From Eledone cirrhosa (lineage: Eukaryota): a stretch of 64,000 bases of DNA. The DNA lies in contig OZ024741.1 in assembly GCA_964016885.1 (NCBI GenBank), positions 138,074,001 to 138,138,000 on the forward strand, read 5' to 3'. The notes beneath the pieces are model-generated. The model was given only the letters and a program-made list of their open reading frames with translations. It had not been told where the DNA came from and ran no database searches. Shown here piece by piece: positions 11,190 through 24,251 of the stretch (position 1 is the stretch's first letter; each line of letters starts with the position of its first letter). Both the position numbers and the translations under genes were made by a program.

Positions 11190-14100
11190 AATTGAACAGG
11201 GACACAACAGAGAGGCAGTACAATAAATGTTTATTAAATTCGCGCTCAGGAGAGGGGAGGTTGGGTGGGGGACGACCTTTCGGGTGAGAAGTGTGTGGGA
11301 ACAGAGTTCAAAAGGTGTGTAGGGGAGTGGTGGAGAGACATATAGCGAAAGGAAACGGTGCGAATGAAAAAATAACAAATAAAGACAAAAAATATAATAA
11401 ATAAAAATAAAGCATGATCAAAATACAAGGAAGGAGAACATTTAAAAATAAAGGCATGATCAAAATAAACTGAAATTAAAAGGGGGGTAAACAGGTGGTG
11501 GAAGGGTGTGGGGTGAGTAGGGGTGGTGGCGGGTGGAGTGGGGAGAGGGAGACGGGGTGTCCGAGCGGGGAGGGCTGAAGGTGGTGTGTGTGGTTAGGTG
11601 TGCGTGTGTGTGTGTGTGTGTATGTGAAAGTGAGGGTTGGGGGAAGAACGGGGTTGCATGTTCAGGAAGGTGTGTGTGGGGGTGTTTTTGTGGGTCGGAG
11701 TGTCTGTGCGTGTGTGGATAGGGGGTGGGGGGGAGAGGAATCAGGAGGCTGAGGGTGTAAATATGTGGTGGGAAGCACGTGTGTGTGGTTTAAGCGTGTT
11801 GTGGGTATGGGTGGCGTGTGGATAAAAAAAAATTATTTGGAGGGGGGGGGGTGAGTTATATAGGTGATGGTGTAAGAGGATGGTTGAAAAGTTGGTAAGT
11901 TCCACGGATGTTTGGAGATTTGGTTAGAAGTCAATTTCGCGTGTGGGTAATCCAAGAAGCGGTGGTCGGAAGAGGAGAGATGTGGGGTGCGCGCGCAACA
12001 GGAAGTGGTCAGCAGTGGGAGTGCTGTGGTCAGTTGGTGCTGAGAGGTTGTCGGAAGGGCATAGCAGCAGTCGGCGGAATGGTAGGGAGGCGAGGATGGG
12101 TAGGTGTGAGAGTTAGAGTGAGGAGGGTGTGTGTGTGTGTGTGTGTGTATTAGTAGGGGTGTTAGTGGGATGAGTGAGTGTGGAGCGGGGAGAGAAGGGT
12201 GTGTGTGGTTCTATGGAGGGAGTGTGGTGTACTGGTGTGTGTGTAGTTTGGTGAAGAGGTGTTAGTGGGTGTTAGTATACGGGAGGTGGGGAGGGGTGGG
12301 ATGCAGGTGTGAGTGGGGGTTAGTGGGGGTAGGGTGTGTAGAGTTGGTGGTGTACGAGGGTGTGTGGGTACGTGTGCGTGGGGTTGGGGGGGTGTTAGTG
12401 ATGTTAGTTGCGTGTGGGGTGGGTGGTGTAAGTGGCTGCGTGTGTGCGTGTGATAAGGAGGGGGGAGGGAGGAGAAGAGGGGAGGGAAGGGATGTTAGTA
12501 TGTTAGTTGGGGAAGGGTGGTCAGATGAGGGGTGGAGTGGAGGTGTTAGTATTGTTAGTGTGGGGTGTGTTAGTGGTGTTAGTGGGGGATAAGTGTGGGG
12601 GAGGGGGCGGTCGAACGCTAAAGGAATAAGGGTGGGGAGTTCAGGCCGGGGGGAGTGTGGGTCTGTAAGATGAAGATAGTGCGTTGTTCGACCGTAAGGC
12701 GATGGGCGGGTGTTCCGTGACACTGGAGTAGGCCACAGACTGAGATGGCGTGCGGAGTGTCCAGGGCCACCAAAGTGGTGGGCGATGGGGGAACTGCCCC
12801 CGAGACGAATATCCCGGAGGTGCTCCGTGACTCGGTCCGCCAGGCGACGTCCCGTCTGTCCGACATAAGTCGCGCTGCACTCCGTGCAACGAAGTCCGTA
12901 GACTAGGTTGGAGGAGGTGCAGCGGAAGGCATGCCCGACCGAGAGAGAGTGGCCGTTGGGACCCTGGAAGGTGGTGGTGTTGATGATGTGGGGACAGGTG
13001 TTGCAGCGCGGCCTAGAACAGGGGAAGGAACCGGGGGGGGCGGAGCGTGGTTTGGGGGGTAGGGAGCTGTGGACGAGGAGGGTGCGGAGATTGCGTGCGC
13101 ATTTGAAGGAGGGGAGTGGTGGGGTGGTTAAGATGTGGGAGGTGGAGGGGTCGGACTGGAGGCGTCGGAAGAGGTGGCGGATGGTGCGGTGGAGGGGTAA
13201 GGTGGAGGGGTGGTAGGTGATGGGGAAGGGGAGACGGTGGATGGGTGTGCGGTGGCGTGGGGTGAGGGTGGTGGAGCGGGGGATAGCACGGGAGCGGGTG
13301 AGAGCGGTGTAGACGAGAGGGGGGGGGGGAACCTCTGCGGATGAAATGGCTGACTAGGGAAAGGGCCTGGGACTCGAAGTCAACATCACGGCTACAGAGG
13401 CGGTGGATCCTGAGAAGTTGGGAGTAGGGAATGGAGAGTTTAGTGTGGGTGGGGTGGGAAGAGGTGAAGTCGAGGTAAGAGTGGGAGTCGGTGGGTTTGA
13501 AGAAGGCGGAGGTGACGAGGGAGTGGTGGAAGGGGTCGAAGGCGACGGAGATGTCTGAGAAGTGGACGTGGGTGGTGGAGATAGAGGTGGTGAAGTGGAG
13601 GGAGGGGTGGAAAGAGCAGAAGAAGGAGAGAAAGGAGTCGAGCTGTACTCGCGTGAGGTTCGTGGCTCCGATACAGTCGTCAATGTAACGACCGTACAGT
13701 TCGGGCGTGGGGCCGGTGTACTGGGCAAAGATTTGGGCCTCAACATGGCCAACAAAAAGGTTGGCATAGTTCGGGCCCATTCTTGTGCCCATGGCTACCC
13801 CCGTGACCTGTTGGTAAAACTCACCCGAGAAGGAGAAACAATTTAGGGTGAGGACCAGCTCGGCCAGGCGAAGGAGGGTGGGGGTGGAGGGAATGGGGGA
13901 GGGGCGAAGGTCGAGGTAGTGTTTGAGGGCGCGAAGGCCGTCGGCGTGGGGGATGACGGTATAGAGGGACTTGATGTCTAGGGTGAAGAGGAATGGCTGA
14001 GGGCCGGGTAGGTAGGTGAAGGAGTCGAAAAGGCGCAAGGCGTGGTTGGTGTCGGAGATGTGGGAGGGGAGGGTGGTGACAAGGGGGGCGAGGAGGGAGT

Positions 14101-15530
14101 CGAGAAAGGCGGAGATGGTTCGGTGGGGGCAGTTGCAAGCGGAGACGATGGGGCACCCGAGGTTGTCGGGTTTGTGGAGTTTGGGGAGGAAGTAGATGGT
14201 GGGGGTGCGGGGGGTGCGGACGATGAGGTGGGAAGCGGTGGGGGGGAGGAGGGAGGAGGCGATAAGGTCTTTGATGGTGGAGGAGACTTGTTGTTGGTAG
14301 AGGGGGGTGGGATCGGATAGAGAGGGCGGTAAAAGAGGGGGTTACAGAGCTGCCTGAGGGCTTCGGCCGTGTAGAGGTCCTCGCGCCATACCACCACGGC
14401 GCCTCCCTTGTCCGCCGGTTTGATAACGATGTCATCTCGGCTACGGAGGGAGCGGAGAGCGAGGAGTTCGCCCCGTGAGATGTTGTGCCGTTTGGAACGG
14501 TGGCGGAAGTCGAAACGATATCCTGCGCTACGGCTTGCATCGACGAAGGCGTCCAGGGTGCTAAATTGCCCTGGGGCCGGCGTCCAAGAAGATGGTCGTC
14601 GGCCCAGGGCGAGAAACGGGTCTGGGGCGTCCGGAGCCGGTGGCGTTCGGCTGAAATGTGCCTGTAGCTTAGTGCGTCGCACGAATCGCTCGACTTCCGT
14701 TCGGGTGCGGAACTCGTCGCTGAGCGGAGTGTAGGGTATGAAGCGAAGGCCTCTACTAAGGAGTGAGCGCTCAGGTGCGGAGAGGGGGAGGTCAGGGGGT
14801 ATGGTGACAACACGGGGTGGGGTTTGGGTGTTTGGGGAGGGAAGGGAGGGTGTGGTGAGGGGTGAGGTTGAGGGTGGAGATTGGGTAGGGGTGTGGGTCG
14901 GGGGAGAGGTGGAGAGTGGTGGGCGTATGGGGATGGGCGGGTGGTGGTGGAGGGGGAGGGGGGAGTGAGTGTAGCTTGCGGGCTTTGGTGGAGCTGAGGA
15001 ACGAGAAGAGGTTGTGGTTGAGGTTGTGGATGAAGGAGAGGATGGCTTGGGCGAGGAGGGGGTGACAGGTGGAGTAAAGGCGGAGGAGGGTGGGGGTCAG
15101 TTGGTGGTCAAGTAGGCGGAGGGTGGAACGGGAGGCGCGGATGGAGTTGCGCATCAGAAGGCGTGAGGATCGGGTGAGGATACGTTGCGAGGAGGGGGAA
15201 GCAGCGGGGGAGGGGTGGAAGTGTATACGGAAGCCGAGGGGGATAAGGTGGGGGCGGAGGCAGTGGCTGAGGAAATGGATGTGGCTGGAGTGCCGGGTTT
15301 TGGCGAAGAGAAGGTAGGAGAGTTGAAGGGCGGAGGGGAGGTAGCAGGGTGGAAGGAGGGGGGTGAGGAAAAGTTTGAGGCGATTGTGGAGTTGGTGGAG
15401 AAAGGATTTCAGATTGGGCATGATGGGCGTTGGGTGAAAGCAGGGGGAGGGATGAGAGGGCAGGGGTGTGAAGCGGGGTGGAGTGAACGAAGGGGTGAGT
15501 GCGAAGGATAGGCAGAGACGGGGAAGGGAA
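11190..15530 (-). mobile_element. Near full-length GC-rich Penelope-like retroelement (probably Neptune group)
   Basis: One coding region in several frames carrying PLE N-terminal, RT, Cys-linker and GIY-YIG motifs, followed by a ~1.4-kb C-rich 3' region; (TA)n on both sides. Confidence 0.9.
12618..15421 (-). pseudogene. PLE polyprotein (RT + GIY-YIG endonuclease), frameshifted
   Basis: HIHFLSHCLRPHLIPLGF; DIVIKPADKGGAVVVW; FTLDIKSLYTVIP; GVAMGTRMGPNYANLFVG; GRYIDDC; KPTDSHSYLDFTSSHP; FPCSRPRCNTCPH; NLVYGLRCTECSATYVGQTGRRL; LQTHTPPGLN. Confidence 0.9.
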
Positions 15531-15947
15531 AAAGAAATATATATATATATATATGTATATATATGTATATATATGTATATATATGTATATATGTGTGTAT
15601 TTGTATGGTTGTGTGTGTGTGTGTGTGTATGTGTGGGTGTGTGTGTGTGTATATATGTGTGTATGTATATGCATAATTACATACAGAATGATTTAATGTT
15701 TATTTTCATTGATTATTTGCTCCAGGAACTTTTTGAGTGGTCTAAATCAGCTATAAACATTTATACCTTTATATATATATTTATTTATTTATTATTTGTC
15801 GTATTCCCAACTATTTGTTTACCCCTTTCATCTTTTTATTTTTATATATATATAATATTTATGTATTTTCTTATATATATATATTTAAGAGTTAAACAAG
15901 GTTCAATGAATACATCAAAGAATGAGTTTTACACACATACATGTGTG

Positions 15948-15979
<32 letters not shown>

Positions 15980-16030
15980 TATTAAGAAATTAAAACAAAG
16001 AAGCCTTCAATACATCAAAAGTCTTTATTA

Positions 16031-16068
16031 GCCGACAATGTTTCGTCCTATTAAGGACTCATCAAGGC
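16031..16068 (-). ncRNA. Minimal type-I hammerhead ribozyme, U3.G8 core variant
   Basis: Minus strand: GCC UUGAUGA GUCC uuaaua GGAC GAA AC auu GU C GGC. Confidence 0.7.
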
Positions 16069-17996
16069 AATTAAAACAATAAGAAGTAATATAGATACAA
16101 GCCGGAAGCTCCGAAGAATATGGAGTGTACATACACTGAAGTATTACAAAAATATATAATAAAAATATATAATAAAAATATATGATAAAAATTACTAAGG
16201 ATGTATATAACACTAAGAACCATATTACAAATATAGTCCAAAGCAAAAACTAGAGCTGGTTATATAGAGCAGGAATTATATATAATACAATATAATATAC
16301 TATAATATACCTTTACCAACATTAAAATTACAATAAAAATCAAAAGATATAATATGCATATGCATATATGTGCGCACACGTACACATACATATACGCATA
16401 CAACAATACACACATCCATCCTCAACTGCACAAATTAAACCTTATTAAGAATTTGAATATAAAAAATAAGCATGATAGGAATGAAAATAATAATAATAAT
16501 AATACTAGTACATCTACCCAATATACATGAGGTAATAATATGATATAATTATAAGTAGTACATAGGTAATAATATGATATAATTATAAGTAGCACATATA
16601 ATAATAAATAATACAATTATATACTATATAATACAATATAATAGAATAGATAATCTCCGGTTAATTTACACAAACAATATAGATGTCACAATAATAATAT
16701 AATAATAATATTTACAATATACAATGTACTCAAGTTAACAAGTCAATTCATACTGGGTTACAGAGTAGGTGAGGAAAAATAAAATGTACAATACCTCAAA
16801 AAAATGTTGATGATACAGAAGTACAAACATCTTACAAGATATATAAGGTTTAACATATCATAATGTTACATATAATTAACGGTAAGTAATAAGGATCAAT
16901 ATTACAATAAAAAATACAATATAATATAATATATTATATAAAATAAAATTAATACAATATAATATATAATTACTTATAATTACAAGGTTGGTAGACAGAC
17001 ATGTACATGGATGGGTGAGTAAGTGCCAGGCAAAAAATATAATGCACATTAGTATTACAAAGTATAGAATAAAATAATCAAATAAATAGAATGAACCGGA
17101 AATTAAAAAAACAAAAACAAAGCGTATACATTTAGGTCTAACATGCAGTTAAGTAGTTAAGTAAAAGCTAAGGAAACGACCCCTGTAAATGACTCGAAAA
17201 CCCTATTTGATAAATTAATATTAAAAATATTTAAACTATCTAATAAGGCAGTATAATATTGGCTGTAGTTTAAGTCATTAAAGTTTATAAACGTTAATAT
17301 TTCGTTCCAAATGTTTACAAAAAGAAATGAAATTTTTTTATTATCATATACATAACGATATCGAAAGAAATGACTTAAGCAGAATTAAGGTAGGGACAGA
17401 AATGAAGAAATGTATGGAGGATGGAAAGGGGCATAAAATATAGTCGATATACTATATTACATAATAGAAAGGAGTGTAAAAGAAGGGGGGGGGTTAAATA
17501 TAATATAATCATAGTCAATTTGGAGGGGTTGACAATAAGGTTATGTGCGCATGAGGGGGAGAAGGGGGGGGGGTCCAAAGAAGAATCCGAATAAAGATAA
17601 AAAAATAAAAATAAAAATAAGGATAAAATAAAATAAATAGCGTGCAATATATAATCTTATATACATTCATAAGGTGTAACAGTGAAAATTTAATGCGTAA
17701 GAAGATAGATGTGGTACAGTAGCCAAAAGATTATGAGATCTAGAATGAAGAGTCATCAAAAACCAATTATAATAATGATGATAATAATAATGTTGGCAAA
17801 CAAAAGGACCTAAACTAAAAAATAAATAATGGAATATATCAGCTAATGGGTACAATTTGTACTACTAGAACGTTTAGGTTTATAATAAAAGTATGAATTA
17901 GAAATAGCATGGGGGCAAGAAGAGAATATCTCAGACTTTCTATTAAGTAAAGTTTCCGGCTTGAATCTGCCGATATTACTTCTTGTTGTTTTAATT

Positions 17997-18034
17997 GCCC
18001 TGATGAGTCCTTAATAGGACGAAACATTGTCGGC
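17997..18034 (+). ncRNA. Minimal type-I hammerhead ribozyme, canonical core, GUC site (predicted cut after 18031)
   Basis: GCC CUGAUGA GUCC uuaaua GGAC GAA AC auu GU C GGC: all three stems pair. Confidence 0.85.
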
Positions 18035-18181
18035 TGATAAAGACTTTTGATGTATTGAAGGCTTCTTTGTTTTACTCTCTTAATTTTTCGGCTCTGTTTA
18101 ACTACATTGAGCTATACCTTTTACTGTCAGTTCTATAATACGAAGAGGGTGTTTAACTCTAACACACTCCAGTATTTTAAC

Positions 18182-18216
<35 letters not shown>

Positions 18217-18487
18217 GAGGAGAAAAGAAACCCCTACCACACCACAGACATGTTAAATCCCTATATATAGAACAACACACCACATACACATCAGTTTGAC
18301 AAGCGCACCTCAGCGTGAAAGGTCTTTCTAAAAACGAAACAATACCTCCTACGTTAACCAAGAACTCACCAACAACCAACAACTTAATTTATAAAATAAT
18401 TTTTTTAAGAAAAATTCTTTTGGGATATTGTGAAGAAAATAAATTTGTTGAAAACACAAGTGAAGCCATTTTTTCTTCCCCCCTGTC

Positions 18488-18541
<54 letters not shown>

Positions 18542-18547
18542 AGTGTG

Positions 18548-18587
<40 letters not shown>

Positions 18588-19089
18588 TATATATATGTAT
18601 ATGTATAAGTATATGTGTGTGTGTGTGTATGTATATATTTATATGTATGTATGTGTAATTGTGTGTATTGCTTACCACGTGTGTTTGTTCATTTCTTTGT
18701 GTCCTTTCCTGTATCGCTGTCAACTTTATAATACTTTTTATTTTTATTTTCTTAAGTCGTATATTTTTTATTTTTATTTTTATGTGACGGCCTATATGGT
18801 CGTCCATTGGTTTATATTTTTATTATTATATTTTTTCTTATAATTAATTGTGTGTGTGCGTATGTAGGTGTGTGTACATATATCTATATTTGTGTGCGCG
18901 TATGTACGCGTGTATATATGTGTGAATATGTACGTGTGTATATATGTATGATTATGAGTGTATATATATATATATATATACATGCGTATGTGTGTTTGTG
19001 TATTTGTGTGAATGTGTATGTATGGATATGTGTATATATATATGTGTATGTATGTATATGTATGTGTATGTGTACGTGTATATATATGT

Positions 19090-19141
<52 letters not shown>

Positions 19142-19300
19142 GTATGTATGTGTGTGTGTGCGTGTGTGTGTGCATGTGTCTTTATCTACTTTTATATTTA
19201 TTCTTTTTCCTTTCCTTCTTCATTTTCCAGCCTCACTTTCATATAGATTATATTTTTGTTTTTAAAATCCACTGTCAATAAATATACCAGGATATTTTTC

Positions 19301-19353
19301 ATTCTGATGACTGAAAGCACATTTTGTTTGCTTTCAAGAAACCATTGGTGAAT
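19301..19353 (+). ncRNA. Degenerate type-I hammerhead motif (G at the cleavage position)
   Basis: AUU CUGAUGA cUGAAAGCA...UGCUUUCAa GAA ACCA u UGGU G AAU, with the 3' stem I strand overlapping an AATAAA. Confidence 0.6.
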
Positions 19354-19386
19354 AAAATAATCATCTTATGTTGTTTATTACATAAC

Positions 19387-19420
<34 letters not shown>

Positions 19421-19536
19421 TATATAAAATAAGTATTGAAATTTCAGTTAGAAACAGAAAAGGTCATAGAAATGACGAGTGCTCTATGTCAGTATCAGAG
19501 CAAAATTTAATGTATAAAATCAATACAATATTATTA

Positions 19537-19606
19537 CCTCATTAGCAGAGGTTTCCCGAATGAGGCGAATACGAAATAAACGACTTCATTCGTTCGTCAG
19601 ACGAGG
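19537..19606 (-). ncRNA. Type-I hammerhead motif (inverted copy; CUA site, stem III mismatch)
   Basis: Minus strand: CCUCGU CUGACGA aCGAAUGA...UCAUUCGg GAA ACC ucu GCU A AUGAGG. Confidence 0.62.
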
Positions 19607-19965
19607 CAATATAAAACATGGGCAAATACTTAGAAAAACACATCAAGAAAATCAAAAAAATATATAGATAAATGAAATAGAAATTGAAATATATAAAAAT
19701 CTATCAACAAACATAGTTAGGTGTGTGTATGTGTATGTATATACGCTCACAGATGTGCATATATGTGTATGTGCACATGTAAATGTATAGTTAGAAAGTG
19801 TGCGTAATTATAAAAAATTAGGGCAAGTGTATCTATATGTCTGTATTATACAGACAGAAATGGTTACATCGTAAATATAAGAATATAAAGTCGCGCGCAT
19901 AAAAACGCCTGGACACTCGTACACTTAGATGCGGAAACAACCAACCAGTCACCAGTGAACGATAT

Positions 19966-20322
19966 GTGGGTATGACGCAAGACAGATTCAAAACGCGTTA
20001 TTACTCACATGTCGCATCATTTCGACATCCAGAAAAAAGATTTACAACAGCTCTGGCTAGCAGAATCTGGGATTTGAAAGACCAAGGCATCCAATATAAA
20101 CTAGATTGGTCAATTTTGAACCAATCTAAAAAATATGCTAGAGGAACAAGAAAATGCACGCTCTGCATAAATGAAAAGTTTTGGATATTGCAAAATCTTA
20201 AATCACCAAAGACCTGCCTGAACACAAAGACGGAAATTTTTACCAGTTGCCCACACATGAAATCACACCTGCTTTCCAGCTCATATAAACTTAACACACT
20301 TTCAGATACTTATCCTCCATAA
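19966..20322 (+). pseudogene. PLE GIY-YIG endonuclease C-terminal remnant
   Basis: (Y)VGMTQDRFKTRYYSHVASF, TALASRIWDLK, CTLCINEK, LNTKTEIFTSCPH; clearly homologous to 10145-10540. Confidence 0.82.
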
Positions 20323-20709
20323 ACTCTTATTATTCTCTTTTTAATTACCCTTTCCGACTCACTTTCATTCTTATCCTTGTCAATAATTTCATTTATTTTT
20401 ACTTTTATTTATTTTTACTTCACCGCCCCCCCCCCCCTTATTCTCCGATCCACTTCCTATTTTCTATTTTTTACTTCCCCTTCTTTTACTTCCCTTTTCA
20501 TCCACTAACTGATTATACTTGTCTTTTGTGTTTTTCAATCCAGATATATTTTTCATTTTCATTTTTATTTTATTTTTGCGCAGCCTATCTTACAATTTTA
20601 TACTTGTACTTATTTATCCACATTTCAATATGGCTGAACGCCTTAATGCGTGTATACTTTTTATATATGTACATGAGTAACTACGTATGTGCGCGCGCGT
20701 GCGTGTATG

Positions 20710-20770
<61 letters not shown>

Positions 20771-21570
20771 GTGCGCGTATGTATGTGTGTGTGTATAGGT
20801 GTTTGTGTGTGTGTGTATGTATATATTATGCGTATGTGTAGTTGTCTTTATATCCGTGTTTTTGACATTTCGTTTTTATGTTTTTGTTCCTTTTTTCTTC
20901 TCCCCCCGCTTCCCTCTTTTGTTACTTACTCAGTTTCATACGTAGGTATGCAAATAGGTTTATATGCGCTAGTATAAGTATGTGTGTGTGTGTGTGTGTA
21001 TGTACGTATCGAACGTATGGAAGTGTAATTGCGTGTGTGTATATAAGCATAATTATTTTTACATTTCTTTTGTGAGACACGCGTGTCTGTGTATGTATGT
21101 ACCCCCCCCCCTTTTTTTGTTTTTGTTTTCTTTAATTTTTTCTTTCTATCTTGTCTTTCTAATTTATCGTTACTATATTTTTATAAATATCGAGACCGAT
21201 ACTTTTCTTTTAATTATTATACACTCTTTACCTCCTTTCTTTCCGCATCTAAGTGTACGAGTGTCCAGGCGTTTTTATGCGCGCGACTTTATATTCTTAT
21301 ATTTACGATGTAACCATTTCTGTCTGTATAATACAGACATATAGATACACTTGCCCTAAATTTTTATAATTACGCACACTTTCTAACTATACATTTACAT
21401 GTGCACATACACATATATGCACATCTGTGAGCGTATATACATACACATACACACACCTAACTATTTTTGTTGATAGATTTTTATATATTTCAATTTCTAT
21501 TTCATTTATCTATATATTTTTTTGATTTTCTTGATGTGTTTTTCTAAGTATTTGCCCATGTTTTATATTG

Positions 21571-21640
21571 CTTCGTCTGACGAACGAATGAAGTCGTTTA
21601 TTTCGTATTCGCCTCATTCGGGAAACCTCTGGTAATGAGG
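21571..21640 (+). ncRNA. Type-I hammerhead ribozyme, GUA site (predicted cut after 21634)
   Basis: CUUCGU CUGACGA aCGAAUGA [long loop] UCAUUCGg GAA ACC ucu GGU A AUGAGG; A.G opposition at the base of stem II. Confidence 0.72.
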
Positions 21641-21661
21641 TAATAATATTGTATTGATTTT

Positions 21662-21693
<32 letters not shown>

Positions 21694-21837
21694 CGTATAT
21701 CTGTATATATATATGTATGTATATGTATGTATATGTATGTATATGTATGTATATATATGTATATGTATATGTATGTATATATATATATATTTATATATAC
21801 ATAAGTGTGTATATGTATATATATATGTATATAGGTA

Positions 21838-21924
<87 letters not shown>

Positions 21925-22137
21925 CGTTTCTGAATTTGTTTAGCAAGATTCTTTATCTGAAATCGTGTGTTGAAACCGATATTGTTATACTTTGGGAGGG
22001 TCATGTTGCCAATAAGAAACACACGCACCAGTTGCTTTCACTTCAATTTAATTTATTAAATATTTATAAATTTACAAATTTATAAATTTCTGGTTGGTTG
22101 GTTGGTTCCACAACCAGATAGTTGTTTATATATATAT

Positions 22138-22182
22138 AGTCATAGTTCTTTCGTCACACACTCTGTGACCTCTTCAGTGACT
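22138..22182 (-). ncRNA. Minimal type-I hammerhead motif (left arm of the palindrome)
   Basis: Reverse complement of 22298-22342. Confidence 0.7.
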
Positions 22183-22297
22183 GGGGATTTCTTTCTTCGT
22201 TTCTGTGCCTTTCCTTTCTTCTATCCTACGCCATTTTTCTGCAAAATGGCGTAGGATAGAAGAAAGGAAAGGCACAGAAACGAAGAAAGAAATCCCC

Positions 22298-22342
22298 AGT
22301 CACTGAAGAGGTCACAGAGTGTGTGACGAAAGAACTATGACT
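22298..22342 (+). ncRNA. Minimal type-I hammerhead motif, CUA site, one extra nt before stem II
   Basis: AGUCA CUGAAGA g GUCACA gagug UGUGAC GAA AG aa CU A UGACU. Confidence 0.72.
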
Positions 22343-22493
22343 ATATATATATAAACAACTATCTGGTTGTGGAACCAACCAACCAACCAGAAATTTATAA
22401 ATTTGTAAATTTATAAATATTTAATAAATTAAATTGAAGTGAAAGCAACTGGTGCGTGTGTTTCTTATTGGCAACATGACCCTCCCAAAGTAT

Positions 22494-22588
<95 letters not shown>

Positions 22589-22669
22589 GGAAAAGAGAGG
22601 AAATCGAAAATGCAACTGTGGTTTTCCTCAAATCTGTGAGAAAAACCACAGACCCTCCATCTCAACTCA

Positions 22670-22707
22670 CCTTTTGAAAAGCAGAAGAACTGCGAAACCG
22701 GTAAAGG
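22670..22707 (+). ncRNA. Minimal type-I hammerhead ribozyme, U3-A8 covariant, palindromic stem III
   Basis: CCUU UUGAAAA GCAG aagaa CUGC GAA ACCGGU A AAGG, inside a small element with inverted ends (~22585-22618 / ~22748-22780). Confidence 0.7.
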
Positions 22708-22843
22708 AACCAAGTAAATATATATATTTAAAAAAAAAATAAGACTCCAGTTGCATTTTCGATTTCATCTCTTTTTCTTTATACTTTCACTCGTGTAGGA
22801 CACCTCGGTTATTTTTCATTTTGTATAAAAAACCTCACGTTCT

Positions 22844-22886
<43 letters not shown>

Positions 22887-22984
22887 TTGTGTATGTGTAT
22901 TTATGTATTTTGTACATGTGTATATATGTGTATTTCTGTAGATGTGTTTGTATATGGGTATATTTATATGTATGTATATATATG

Positions 22985-23067
<83 letters not shown>

Positions 23068-23107
23068 ATATACACATATACAAACATATACAAACACATC
23101 TACAGAA

Positions 23108-23772
<665 letters not shown>

Positions 23773-24200
23773 ATGTGAATGTGTTCGTTGACTCCTGGAA
23801 TATAGCTTAAGAGAAATATGACAATAACGATATGATAGGTACCCAATATTTTGAAGTGGTTTATAGAATTCTCTTGGCCTTTGTCACTCTAAATAGAGCT
23901 TTAAAGAATTAGCTTTTAAAGAATTTCCCTTTTCTTTAAAACCATCAACCATGACTGACCCCCCAACGATCTTATAGACACCTGAAATATAGGCATTGTT
24001 AGCTTAAGAGAAACTTAAAAATATACATGTTTATAGAATTCTTCCTGCCTTTGTTACTCTAAATATAAATTATAGCTTTAAAGAATTAGCTTTTAATGAA
24101 TTCCCTTTTCTATCAACCAATGACCTCTCGCCATCCCACTCCCTACTCTCTCCTACCACCTGAAGAGACCTATAAATACCATATTTATTTTTTGATACCC

Positions 24201-24251
24201 AGATTCCTGATGATTTCTAAAGAATGAAACAGTTCTAGTCCTGTAGAATCT
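24201..24251 (+). ncRNA. Type-I hammerhead ribozyme, GUA site (predicted cut after 24245), short stem II
   Basis: AGAUUC CUGAUGA uUUC uaaa GAAu GAA ACAG uucuaguc CUGU A GAAUCU. Confidence 0.72.

Larger units (their letters stand above)
15981..18085. mobile_element. Element bounded by ~130-bp inverted HHR-containing repeats (15981-16110 / 17955-18085)
   Basis: aagccttcaatacatcaaaagtctttat...gccgacaatgtttcgtcc on the left and its reverse complement on the right. Confidence 0.75.
19513..21664 (+). mobile_element. 5'-truncated PLE with inverted 5' pseudo-LTR: 425-bp inverted repeats (19513-19937 / 21240-21664) around a GIY-YIG remnant
   Basis: Near-identical inverted arms, each with an HHR; ORF 19966-20322 lies between them. 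Confidence 0.85.
21979..22501. repeat. 523-bp palindrome (259-bp arms, 5-nt spacer tctgc at 22238-22242)
   Basis: The arms are reverse complements with no mismatch that I could see. Confidence 0.9.

Noticed and set aside
11270-11320. Possible hammerhead at the 3' end of the GC-rich PLE (minus strand acccGAAAGGUC)
   Set aside because: Only the 3' half resembles an HHR; I find no CUGANGA core or matching stem I.
12262-15674. Pro/His/Gly-rich ORFs in alternative frames
   Set aside because: By-products of the extreme C/G strand skew of the PLE.
24155-24180. Isolated CUGAAGA motif
   Set aside because: No stem II or GAAA in register; the supported HHR starts at 24201.
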